This document shows, in pieces, positions 51,829 to 63,500 of a DNA stretch of 64,000 bases. Within the stretch, counting starts at the first letter, position 1. Every line of letters starts with the position of its first letter. The notes below the pieces were generated by a model, which was not told the DNA's origin, searched no databases, and saw only the letters and a program-made list of their open reading frames with translations. The translations under genes were made by a program, and so were the position numbers. The stretch covers positions 186,655-250,654 of the forward strand of contig FLMG01000988.1 in NCBI GenBank assembly GCA_900088475.1, written 5' to 3'. This DNA is from Hyphochytrium catenoides. Its lineage: Eukaryota; Protista; Hyphochytriomycota.

Positions 51829-53668
51829 TTATGCAATGTACGGCAGTGAACTGAAGAACAAGAACTTGATGACAAGGAGTAGGGCTAGTGCATTCACGAT
51901 GGCCACCATATAGAGCTGGTACGGACTCGGGCTCAACTTCTTCTTAGTCGTTGGTAACACTCCTTGCACCGGCCGCGGTCGCAGTCGTCCAAGCCTAGTA
52001 CCTCTAAAGGGAGAGGATGATGAAGACAANNNNNNNNNNNNNNNNNNNNNNNNNNNNNNNNNNNNNNNNNNNNNNNNNNNNNNNNNNNNNNNNNNNNNNN
52101 NNNNNNNNNNNNNNNNNNNNNNNNNNNNNNNNNNNNNNNNNNNNNNNNNNNNNNNNNNNNTGGGTTTGCTTGAAGCGTTGAAGAGCTCCTTTAATTCTAT
52201 GAAGCACTTGACCTACGGCTTGCTTAGTGAAGACGTTGATAACCTTTGGAGAGATGTTAGCGAGCTTCAGATCCGTATTTGTTATGAACTGGAAGCGGAC
52301 TCTATTTTTCCCCACGAGAGAGAGATGGAAGCCTCCGCTCATCTTGATTCGTACATAATCCGCAGTGGTCGGCGGGATCTGGCAGAGGTTACTCTCCATT
52401 ACGGTGCGGACTAGAATCATCATGGTCTGGTCCTCAAGCATATCCACTCCTAAGCCTTCGATTACCCAGTCTCGATTGGCCAGGGGAAGCCAAAACGGAA
52501 ACTGAGAGAAGGCATGGACAAACATATGCTAGGCATTCCAAGAGGGAGGCGGCCAAGAAGGGATAAATAGAGAGTGAAGAGGCACAGAGAGAAGCAAATA
52601 AAGAGAGAAGCCGGAAAGGTCAGTACATCTATTATGCCTAGAGCATCATCAGCTTGATCATCGCCTTACCATGTCGGATTGTTGATGCACCAGACGGCAG
52701 CGCGTAAACGGAATCCACTCATGCATGAGATCTGCCTCAGCAAAGACGGCAGCTATCTGTAAGAAGTCTGCTTCTATCACGGTCTCACACTTAACCGTAT
52801 TCACAGCAGAGTCTCCCTCCTGGCGATAGTAAACCTTGACACCGTGCGCCTCTGACAACAGTGTCCAGCCTCTGTTAGTCTCAAATTGACTTAGCGTGCT
52901 CTGCGCCCATGTCGAGTAGTCTCGAACGACTTCTAGAAGTTTCCCTTTTGCTTTAAGAACCGCCCTCGCCTCCGCTAGTGCTTCTTCGTCTTCAGGACTT
53001 CTGGTGGCTTCAACCCGCGATATGCTTTCTTCTAAAAAGTTCAGTCTAGATCTTGCTAATAGCCATTGGTGGTTATCAGCGCTATTCTCCAGCTCCGTGA
53101 GAAGAGTGGGAAGCTTGACCCTTAAATCTTCGACACTGGAAACCGAATGCCAGTTGGCCTCGTCACTATTGCCTTCAATGCTGATGAGGCTCTCTATGCT
53201 ATCGACCCACTCCTTGGCTAGGTTCTCTGATGGTGCCAACAGGTATACCGTCGAGCCCAGCTTGTTATTATGAAGCATGAATTGCCCGCCACCCTTCAGA
53301 TTGCTATTGCGTGGTCGGAAGTCCCAGCCGTGACTGACCCGCCAATTGCTATCGAGGCAAGCCACTATCTGCTTCCGCATCGTGCCCGGAATGACTCTAT
53401 TCATGGCAATCGGGTTACGCTCGTAGACAAGGTAATTGTTCAAAAGCGAGAACATCCTCTTCTTCTTCGACTTGATTCTGAGGTTCTTGATCTAGACGAA
53501 GTCGGAGGAAAGGGTTAGCTGAAGGGTACGCTGGAAAAAAAGGCAATCGAAGTTCTCTAGCAGTAAATGCCTCACCCTGAATGTCCACAGAGGAGAGCGG
53601 ATAGCTGAGCTGGACGAGCTCTCCATGTCAGTATGTTCCTGTCCCATCTCCAAGTCTTGAAGGTCCAT
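51829..53668 (-). CDS. PH-like + START lipid-transfer domain protein with C-terminal TM anchor
   Basis: PH-like region ending VYLLAPSENLAKEWVDSIESLI. START features GWTLLSEAHGVKVYYRQEG..VKCETVI..EADLMHEWIPF and FWLPLANRDWVI..MMILVRTV. Terminal hydrophobic helix. N gap at 52030-52160; start tentative. Confidence 0.8.
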
Positions 53669-55209
53669 CTTCTCACAGAGCTCGATGGACTTCTTGGCCC
53701 CTAAGGGGCCTGCGAACTTTGGACAATGCAGGATGGCCGGTGATGAAGCTCACGCTTGTTTCTGAAGTAGTGCGATAGCGCCGCGTAGCTGGAAAATATT
53801 AGTGTCTCCAACTTCAAGGAGGCTATACTCGATGTCTCTTCTCGGTTTTACTCCTCCGGCATAGAGATACTAAGAAGGTAGGATCTAGCAGTCCAAGAGG
53901 ACGTATTACGCCGTAGTACCTCTTTCTTTTCCTCCCTTCTCTCTCCCTCTCTCTCTCTTTGGCTCTCTCTCCCTCTTTCTCCGTCTCTCTCAGGTTGCTA
54001 TCAGAGTGCGTCCGGATGGGGTTGGCGGGTTGAAGACTAAAGTGGACGAAGCTTCAGTTTTGCTTGTTGAGAAGTGCGAGCCTCAGAGCTTGTGATGATG
54101 GTCAGGACAGGATGATGGGTGTCAAACTCCTTTTCTTTGCCGTGTGCTGCTCTGCTTGTCTCTTCCCATGCTTCACATCTGCATAGCCCTGCTCTTCTTC
54201 TCTCGCTGCTGCAGGTTGTAGGTCCGGCTCGCGCCATCCATGATGCAATCTCTCTTCTTCTGAGGCACTCTCTCTCTGTGTCTTGCTTCCTACTCTGACT
54301 TGCACCCTTCGCAGCCTCTGTCTCGCGGGAAGACGTCTCTCTCCCCGACTCTCATACCCGAGAAGTTTGAGTATTAAAGGCTATAGCTCGGCTCTGTCTT
54401 GCTTCATTCTTGTATCTATCCGATAGGGTGAATAAATCTCTGCCTTCCCTGTGTCTGCTCTCTGTTGCGGCCCTTTGAAACATAGGAAGCCGTCTGATGA
54501 TGGCTTCACAGGGCCTACACGCCCCCTTGCTTATCTAAACATACTTATCTGTCCAAACGCTTATTGCAACCCACCCATCCCTTTGGCCTTCAGAAAGTTC
54601 GGATGTTGGCCTTCTTTCTTTCGGTACTTTTTGGGACAGCTTCAACTGGAGAGACAGAGTGCAAGTTATATATATTTTGTTGATAGCTATTATTTGCCTT
54701 TATGGGAGACAGAGTAGCGAGAGATCTGCGCTTCTGATTGGATGTGAGACAGTGGAGGTAGACGGGGCCAGTGAAGGCTCCGTCCCAGTGACCTTGTGTA
54801 TGTACAAGCAAGTTCCTTCAAATGGGAAAGGCCACAAACAGCACTAAATGATGGCCTTGTAGAACTACTTCTAGCTGTAACAGCCTCCCTACTCTTCTAC
54901 TGGTCGAAACACATGGCAGCACTCCAGAAAGAACGAATACAATCATCATCACAGAACCTTTGTGATCAGGACAAAATTTTCTGATGTCTGGCGCCATGCC
55001 ATCACAGTGATGACCCCACAATAATAAAGGACCTACTTGTACAACCAGACCTTCAACTCCTAAACCCTAGCCCTATCGTGAATAAAAGTAGCAAATATCT
55101 AGTAATACACAGCTCTGATACACCCGTATTCCTTGATAGGAGTATCCCTTGTAGAGAGGAGTAACTCATTCTCAAGAACCCAAATTGTCAATCGTTGGGC
55201 TGACCTGTT

Positions 55210-55281
55210 GGCTGTTTGGTCTAGTGGTATGATTCTCGCTTCGGGTGCGAGAGGTCTCGGGTTCAATTCCCGGAACAGCCC
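55210..55281 (+). tRNA. tRNA-Pro (anticodon CGG)
   Basis: GGCTGTT-TGGTCTAGTGGTATGATT-CTCGC-TTCGGGT-GCGAG-AGGTC-TCGGG-TTCAATT-CCCGG-AACAGCC-C, followed by a T5 terminator. Confidence 0.97.
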
Positions 55282-57113
55282 ATATTTTTCTCCCTTGTAC
55301 ATTCACTTTTTGAAGGTCTTGTAGTGGGTTGTTTGATATCTTTCCTTTGGCCATCGCTGCTCTGTCTGGTCCGTTATTACTCTGTCTGCCCTGCGACAGC
55401 ACGAATGTCGTCTCTCCTGTCCTCTCCTCCTTTGTACCTCCAGACTTTAGATCATCATCATCATTCCTCATTATCAGCACCATCGGTCGCAGCTCAAGCA
55501 TCCGCAGTGGCACCATCAAGCTTCCTTCCGCTGCCGCTGCTTGTGCGCGTCTACTGGGTCACCCTCAAGAAGAGATGACCTGCAGATCTTGGCTTGATAA
55601 GGAGAGTAGAGCAAGAAGCACGTGGCCATGGCTGCTACTAGCTTTTTCGTCCCTTGTTTTCTTCGCTCGTCATCCTCCTTGTGGGCTATTTTGCAGCAGG
55701 CTGCTGCTGCTACTGCTTCTTCTACGCGGGCGTGGTGCCGGGACTGTTGAGTGGTGGGTGCTGCTCTTCTCACAACCAGCCACAAGATCTTTGTAGTTCT
55801 CCAATAGCGAGTTGTAGGTACATCATCGCTCTTTACCTGTAAGTTATTAGCGTCCTACCAACACTACCATCAACATAACCGTCGTGGCATTGCCGCTGCC
55901 TTCGCTGATGATGCCGTCAGTGCCTCGTCATCTCGGTCGATCTACCTTGATTTACTTGACAACAGATATCGTGCTGTTATATCTTTCTGAGTTGCGAGAC
56001 CTGAATCTCTTCTACTGTTGTCATAGCATGGCACCTTCACTACTCTTACTTCGTGGGCACCAGCAATAATGAGGCTAGAACCATAGTAGGGACACGCACT
56101 ATTGGCGCTACCCTTATTCTTTTTATAGAAAGTCATCCAAGTGCCGCACATACCATCAAGGACAGATCCAGAAGAAGGGCAGAGTCCTGTTGTGAGATTG
56201 ACGCTGAGCTAGAAGTGTGTTACCCAAGTTCATGATGGTGCCGCAATCCTCCTTTTTTACCTCTCACGCCAGGCGAAGCACAATTGCCGAGAAGAAACAG
56301 AATCCAGAAATAAGGCAATGGTAGGCAACAGAAAGGGCAGCAGTCGCCCCTCCGTGCAGGTCATCATTTTGTCTGACTCCGTAGCAGGATGTGTCAAGCA
56401 ACCATCCCAAGTACGCTGCCTCTGGGATCTAACCTTCGATAGGACCTCGTTGCCTGTTCTACCTTTCTGAAGTCACGACTGCTCTCTTCTCTTGCATCTC
56501 CCGTGACGGTGGGACGTCTTCTTGCCAATTCCGTAGCTGCGATGGGAAGGGCGAATTACTGTCATGTGGGGCAGGCGCAATAATCAGGCGTCGATGCCTT
56601 CTTCCTCTCGGTTACTTCTTGTATTTTTTGAACTCCCAATCCTTGAGAAAGAGTGATAGACCCAGCAAGAAAAAGAAGAGAGCCCTTAGCACAGGAGAAG
56701 AAGAGGTGCGATCGCAGGTACTGCTGGCCGAGGGACAGGAAGACAGCAAGATGATTGCTGAGGGTCCTCTGACCTACCTAACTCTGTCAAGAATCTTCTC
56801 CCACGGCCACCCTAATAGATTGTCTCGGATCAAGGCAGTATTCGGCCACGTGCATGTCAATAGTACTTAGTAAGCTAAGTGCCAAGCACGATAGACCAAG
56901 AGACGGTGAGCTATGATACGAAGTAGTAAGGAAGANNNNNNNNNNNNNNNNNNNNNNNNNNNNNNNNNCGTCCTTACCCTTCTGATAAGGAAAGAAGCCG
57001 CTCGACAGGAAAGCAGTCAGAGATGGAAGAAGAAGGAAGAAAGGGATGAATGATGGTGGCCACCTTCAAAAATAAATATCTAGTTTCCCTTTTTCGGTAA
57101 ACGCGCCTGGTGC

Positions 57114-58154
57114 TCATGTCTGCAGGAGGCTTGGCATAGCAGAGAACCCCTGCTGGGTGCCAGTAACTGCCATTCGGTCAACAGCTTTAGACAAAGCGGT
57201 TGTCGTAGGCGCTTGTGATGAAGCTGTGACTGCAGAGCTCATCAGCGTAGCTGACGACGTCAATGAGGTTGATGATGATGCCTCCGGTGACTGTTGGGCT
57301 GATGGTGATGTTAGCTTCTTGGCACCTCTTGGTGCCTCCTCAAAGAGGTCGAGCAACCAATCTAGACACTCGTCTTCTTCAGTAAAGTAAGACATGCTAT
57401 TAAACAGGAATGCCTCGTCCTCAGGAAGTGGTAAAGCCGAAGATGAAGGTGAATGGCAGGCATCACCCATCATCAAGGTCCGTAGTCTCTTGTATTGGCC
57501 CTGGGAGAACTCTATGGGCGAGAGAAACGAGTATTCGTCTCCGCGTTCTGCCAGCGAATCGAAGTGCTTAATAAATAATGAGTCCATCATCAAGTCTGCC
57601 CCCTTTCCGTCTTCTGCACCTGAGAGGCTCAGGCCCGAGGAGGATACCTCCGTGCCTGCTCCTCTGCCTCCTCCCAGAAGGGTCGCGCTTGCAATTGAAG
57701 TAGGGGACACAGCAGGCGGCGTCATTGCGGAAGATGGGCGCTTCTTTCCTATAGCTGAGGAAGACATGAGTCCTAGTGAAAGCGGGGGAGGAGCCTTCAA
57801 AGTCGTCTGGAGCTTTTTGGCTGCTGAGGAAGATTCTAGCAATAAGGTTCGGCTCATATTATGAGAGCCCACGCCTCCGCCCTGAAGTGCTAGCTTGTCC
57901 CTCCGCGCCAGAGTTCGAAAGTACTTGGTAGCGTGTGTCCGGACCTGAGTGGGGTTGCGTGTGGGAATCATCTCAGCGATAAGCTTCCACCGAGTCTTCT
58001 CGCTCTCAGGAACCTTCTCCAGTGCTCTTAGGAACGCACTGTGTTCAGCCTCCGACCATGCTCCGACAATCTTTTCTTGTGTCTTCTTTCTGGACCGGGA
58101 GGATGACGAGCCCAAGCTCTTCCTTCCGGTTATTCCTAGCGTTGATGGGGCCAT
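57114..58154 (-). CDS. single-repeat MYB (SHAQKYF-class) transcription factor, intronless
   Basis: GAWSEAEHSAFLRALE..RWKLIAEMIPTRNPTQVRTHATKYF followed by a Ser-rich, acidic low-complexity tail. Confidence 0.88.
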   Translation of the reverse strand: MAPSTLGITGRKSLGSSSSRSRKKTQEKIVGAWSEAEHSAFLRALEKVPESEKTRWKLIAEMIPTRNPTQVRTHATKYFRTLARRDKLALQGGGVGSHNMSRTLLLESSSAAKKLQTTLKAPPPLSLGLMSSSAIGKKRPSSAMTPPAVSPTSIASATLLGGGRGAGTEVSSSGLSLSGAEDGKGADLMMDSLFIKHFDSLAERGDEYSFLSPIEFSQGQYKRLRTLMMGDACHSPSSSALPLPEDEAFLFNSMSYFTEEDECLDWLLDLFEEAPRGAKKLTSPSAQQSPEASSSTSLTSSATLMSSAVTASSQAPTTTALSKAVDRMAVTGTQQGFSAMPSLLQT

Positions 58155-59337
58155 GACAGTCTAACTTGGTTTTTTTTAGGGGTCTAAGAGCAGTGATCAG
58201 GAAAGTAAAGGAAGGAAGATAGGAGACAAGGAGAAAGAAGAGAAAGGGGAAGAGGATTCCCGTGGTGGGTTACTTGTTTTCTTGGAAACGGGGAAATGAT
58301 GAACTGAGGCCGAGCAGAAAGGCGGACACCACTACGAAGCGCGGGGCGCTGGCGCGAACAACAGGAAGTGAAGGTAAGGAGGGGCTCTCTGCTCCTTTCT
58401 GTGGGGAGAGATCAACTATGGCCCTCGAATCGATCGGTGATGGCAGGGAGCTATGGAGGCAGCAGGAACGTGGGCGGCTCTCCAGCAGGTCTCCTCTGCT
58501 GCCTTGTGAAGCTGACTCCTTTTTCAAAAGAGGAGGGAAAGATTTCAAAGACAGAAGGCGGTTAGGAAGGACATCTCTCTGTTCTTTACCTCTCCCCTTC
58601 TCTTTCCTCTCTCGCGTTCTCTTTCTGCTCACCTTCTATAAGAAGCCTAACCATAATAGGCCCAAGGACCATAGAAGCAGCAGGGCCACCAGCTCATAAA
58701 AACCAGCTAGAGCTCTCAACTCTCTCCCTCTCTCTCTCCTTCTTTCACTCTCTCTCTTGAACAGATACAATCCTGCCTTTGCCCACATTAAGAATCCCCA
58801 ACAAGGATGTGATACACTTCTGGTTCTCTCTTTCTCTCTCACCGATCTTTGATGACTCGTAAGGTCAAACAGAACCTTACCCAGACAACCTCTGCTTGCC
58901 ACAAGCCTCTACGCGCCCCGAGCTATTTTTTGAAAGTCTGAGGATGAGGCGACGTAACAAGCAATGGCTGCAGGCCCAAAGGTGTGCTGGATGGACCAAT
59001 ATAAAAGACCCTAAGAATCTTGGTCGCGTTAATGTCTAAGACTCGTCTGTCTCTCACACTCGTCCTATAAATAGTCTAGCCTCCAGCACCTATGTGGTGC
59101 CTCTACCACTCTTCTTTTGGGGGCTCTGAGGGGGACTGTGGTCAACTCTGTTGAGAAGGAAAGCCAAGGCAAGTTTTTTCTAGGAACATGTTCGATGAGA
59201 CAGTTATAAGTAGTCAGGAAAAGTAACAGCGGGCTCTTTCAAGAGTTGGCCATAAAGGTGGAAGTGCAAGCCAGAGGAAGAGCCAATAGCAACCGTCACT
59301 AGATGCAGACTGGGGCTTTGCTGGCCTTCAGTTTGGG

Positions 59338-59365
59338 CTACCCGTCCCACCGGTGGGACAGGTAG
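59338..59365. other. 28-bp near-perfect palindrome
   Basis: ctacccgtcccaccggtgggacaggtag: a perfect 16-bp core at 59344-59359, with one mismatched pair overall. Confidence 0.85.
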
Positions 59366-60539
59366 AGCATTCTTGAGCTACTGGAATGTCACCGCTTCTC
59401 TTAGCCTTGCCCAAACTTGACCCTTTTGCTTGATGCGGGGTAGGAAGCTTGCTCCTCACTAGTGCTCTCTACATACTATCGTTGCCGTTTTCCTCACTCT
59501 CTTCTTGCTTGGGCCGATTCCCTGCACATGTAGATGGAAAAAGTGAAGTTGAAGCAGCAGGTGAACAGAAGAGTTTACAAGTTCTGCTCTGTTCTTTGTC
59601 CATAGATCAAGGGCACTTCAACCGCTGGCTGGATGAGAAGCAACCAGAAATATATGAGAAACATGGCAGGTGTGATGAGCAAGAACCATAAAGAGGAGGA
59701 GGTAGCCAGAGGAAAATGGAACAGAGCGGCCAAGAGGGAGAGCCTCTGAGGTGGCCAAAGAATCATTCCTTCTTTCTCCCACAAAGACAGGGAAGTGTGA
59801 CTGGGGCTCTTGAAAGCTCGCTGTGGGGATGTGGGGAGCAATGGCTGTCATTATTGACAAAGCTGTGCATTTTGCTGTCTGTCTGACAGAGAAACACTTT
59901 CCCCCCAGTGCCGCTCTCTTGAGTAATATCTTTGGAAGAACTCTTCTCATTGCTTCAAGTCAAGAGGATAGGACAAGGAGACAGTTCCACCGCCTGACCA
60001 ATCCTACCCTTCTTTCCACTTTTTCTCACTCTATCTTCTTCGCTTGTTACCATGCCCATCATCTTGTTACTTCTGCCTGCTCTCCACTCTTCTCTCCACC
60101 GTCGTTATTAGACTGCTGTGCGGCTGTGGCTTGTTGGCTGGCCAAGAAGGCTCATTATCCTATAGCTTTGGCTGCATTATGTTGGAGACTCATCATAGAG
60201 AGAAGATCCTGCAGCTGTTGGCACTCCGCCATCATCTCTGTCACTCTTCGCATCAGCATCTCCGTGCATCGTCACCACCAACACGGCCAAGCCCACAATA
60301 GACGATACCGAGAGAGAGAGCGACGAAGAGGTAGCAGTCTTAAGAGACAGAGGAAAGAGGAAAGATGGTCTATATCACGAGGTGAGGTTACTTTAGCACA
60401 AACAAGAGACGTTCTCAGTGACAGAGCAGAACGTTAATGAGTTAGAGGTTAGCAAGATATAGAGCTAGAGAGACAGATAAGGAGAGTAAGATGGTCGAGA
60501 AACAGTGCAGTGGAGGTGGTGCTGTAAGGCCGAAAAAGG

Positions 60540-63500
60540 CTCTTTCAAAGCTTAATACAAATTCTTAGAGGGAGATCGGAATTGTGGCTAGTGGTCTGTA
60601 GTAATAATGGAGAGACCTCGTAGGGATGTTACAATGGAGGAGCTGTAATAATAGTGGAGGACTTGTACTTCAACTTGATTCCTTCTCCTAGTTCTGTAGT
60701 AATACATACCAGTAACTAAATAAAAATACATAGGGGGATTCTATGACTAGGGGGCTTTAGGGGTGACAGGAGACTGGGTTGTGTTGAACTCCCTATTGCT
60801 TTTATTCCTAGTCTAGATCTTTGTCAAGCTCTTTCACCATTTCTATACATCTCTATACATGGTTACATAGCAAGAAGAGGAGTGAAGGAATAATAGTGGA
60901 ATAGGGAAGAAGCAGCAGTATCTATCGGGCTTTACACGCCCTCCATAATCCATGGCCGCTCCGATATAAAGTTTGGTCCTCTTATTATAAAAAGTATCAA
61001 AAAGTGGATAAGGCCTTACGGAAGCCTCACTTTCTCCAATTTTGGAAACCTTTTCTGTAACTTCCATAAAAACCTAAAAGCCTCTGTTCCTGCTTGGAAC
61101 ATCATTGCAGACGGTAGAAATGGACGCTGTCGCCCCCATTTCGGTCAAGTTGGGCGGACATCAAGAACGAGAAAACAGAACTCTAGGTACGACCGATACG
61201 ACGGACAAATGGTCGGAAAGGAGAGCCAATATAATAATTATACTGGACTAATACGCGTTCAACGCAAAGATCCCAACGAAGTATAATACCTTGTTTAAAG
61301 GAACCGCACCTGTCTGACAATCAAGAGGATAGGGGTTAACAGAAGGGGGGCCCTAGCTTGGTTCCCAAGCGGAGGTTTTGTGTAGCTCTTCATCGCGCTC
61401 GCCGGTCATGCTGCCCAAAGAGCTCAGAAGTCCAGCGGTGAAAATTTGAAGAGAGGAAGGTGATAACAGGTGGGACAATAAGAGGAGGAGAGAGAGGAGG
61501 AGAAACTGCAACACAATGCCAGCGCTCTTTCAGGTCACTCCTCAGGAGCTGCATTCTTGAGATGCAATAGCTCGGAAAGGTATATATCCTGCATCTTCCT
61601 TAAACTTGAGCCTCTCAGTAGATAAATTTTGGGCCTCTGTTGGTTGTTAGGAGTTATGATTCTTAGCTGTCCCTAAGAAAGTGTACTTCCAGAACTATGT
61701 CTGTCTGATAAATAGAGAAGTTTGTGGGCACTTTTTCTCGTTCCTTCTACAGTACCTGGCCCTGTACGCTTTGGACCGACGAAAGTGGCCTCTAATGGTG
61801 GCGGAAAGTGTGAGCGCATGCCGCGTCTTTTGGATTTGCTGACTAGATGATGTCCTTTTATAAAAGCCACAACTTTATACCCAGTTCACAACAGCTATAC
61901 TAGGTTTTAAAGATAGCGATGACAGTTAGGCCACAAATGGCATGGTCTAAAGTCCGGTCGTGAGCGAATAAGCAGGACCAACAAGGTTGGTGGAGCGCGG
62001 TATAACTTCTGTTAGTTGGCCAAAGAGTATTGCCCTCGTTGTCAGGCTCTTAGCCTCTTGAAATATGGTTCAACCACTTGATGTTGTTTGAGATGCTGAT
62101 GTAAGGTTAACTTTTAGTGCGAAGCTGATGGGGAATGGTAGCCGCGCCTTCGATAGTTCATCGGTACGACAGACTTCCTAATAATCGTTATCTCAAACTG
62201 TGAAAGAAGGGAGTGAGGCTTGAAGCTCGTGCAGTACTTCTGAGTTTGATGACAGCAGTAGGAAAGGGCCGCGTCATTCCAGTCGACATGGCCATAGAAC
62301 TATTCCGAGGTGTCCTGAGTAGTAGTAGAAGATGCGATGGGTCCAACGGTTTTATCCCTCTTCATTTTCTGCCAAGGCAGCCAAACTGCTGTCAGATGGC
62401 TTCATAGAGTATCGTCTTCGTTGGCCTCACTGTCTGACGTGATGAGGACGGGGCGAAACAAGCTTCATCAGCTCAGACGACTGACAACTGGAAAGCAATG
62501 ATGATATCTCCCTCAATATTTTATATAGAAAAGGTAGCCATTTTACTCGGGGAACCTTTTAGCACCCCCGCTGGGTGACGGACACCGAGGTCGTGGGAGC
62601 GATGATAACGGAATGCGGATATTTTTTTGTTAGACTTGATGGTCTCGCCTCGTCCTTTCATTCAACTTTAGAGGTAGAAGTACACCGATAAATAGCTAAG
62701 GGGGGCAGTAGTCCCTTGGACCTTACTATTGTCTATGGTACCACTGAAGAAAGAGTCATTTCGCCCTTGTCCTCATCCCCGCTTCCATCTTTCTCGTCAT
62801 CAACCAGTAGAGTCTTGCACGATGACCAGGGGACAGCCTCCAGATGGGCAATCAGACTCTTAAGTCTCTCCAAGGTGGAGCTTGACTCTAGCCACTGGCG
62901 TTGATCTCCAAGTGATAGGTACGCTCGGCGCGAAGCTTCTCCCGCCAGCCTTCATACATAGTAAGCGAAGAGAGAAGTTCACGTTAGCCAGGGGTTCTGA
63001 CATTGCTCTCAGTGTGGAAACGAGATAATTTCCAGAAGGACGTACCACAAGGAGAAGTGTTCGGGATCTCTGACCGCCGCATCTGCGAAAGGGGAAGGAG
63101 GGGCCAAGCAACACATATTATAATCATTTGTTAGCCGCGATTGATCTTCTTTGCTTTTTGCATAGTCCCCACGAACGCCGTTTCCACCTACCGCGTAGAT
63201 TCTGCACCTCGGATGATCTATTGTCCTTCGTCGTTGATGTCGGAGTGGTTGTCTTTGCCAGGAACAGCTCAAGCGCACGTGCGGCCGCCAAGCGTATACT
63301 TGCTATTGTTGTGCCACTTCCTCCGATATCAAGTAGTGGTAAAGCCTAGATAGATGGAGATAGAAGAGGTCGAACAGGATGCCGAGTTAGCCTTGTTATT
63401 ATGGAGATTCTTATCAGTGACCTGCCGCTATTGTCTAAAGTACACATCATATTCAAGCGATTCATTTTACCTCGGCCTCAACGACTCCGAAGGAGTCCGC

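Noticed and set aside
55061-55075. Telomere/telo-box-like aaacccta upstream of tRNA-Pro
   Set aside because: A single short copy is expected by chance in 64 kb.
62434-62462. Hammerhead ribozyme-like tgatgag...cgaaac
   Set aside because: It lacks the CUGANGA core (G instead of C) and stem II cannot pair.
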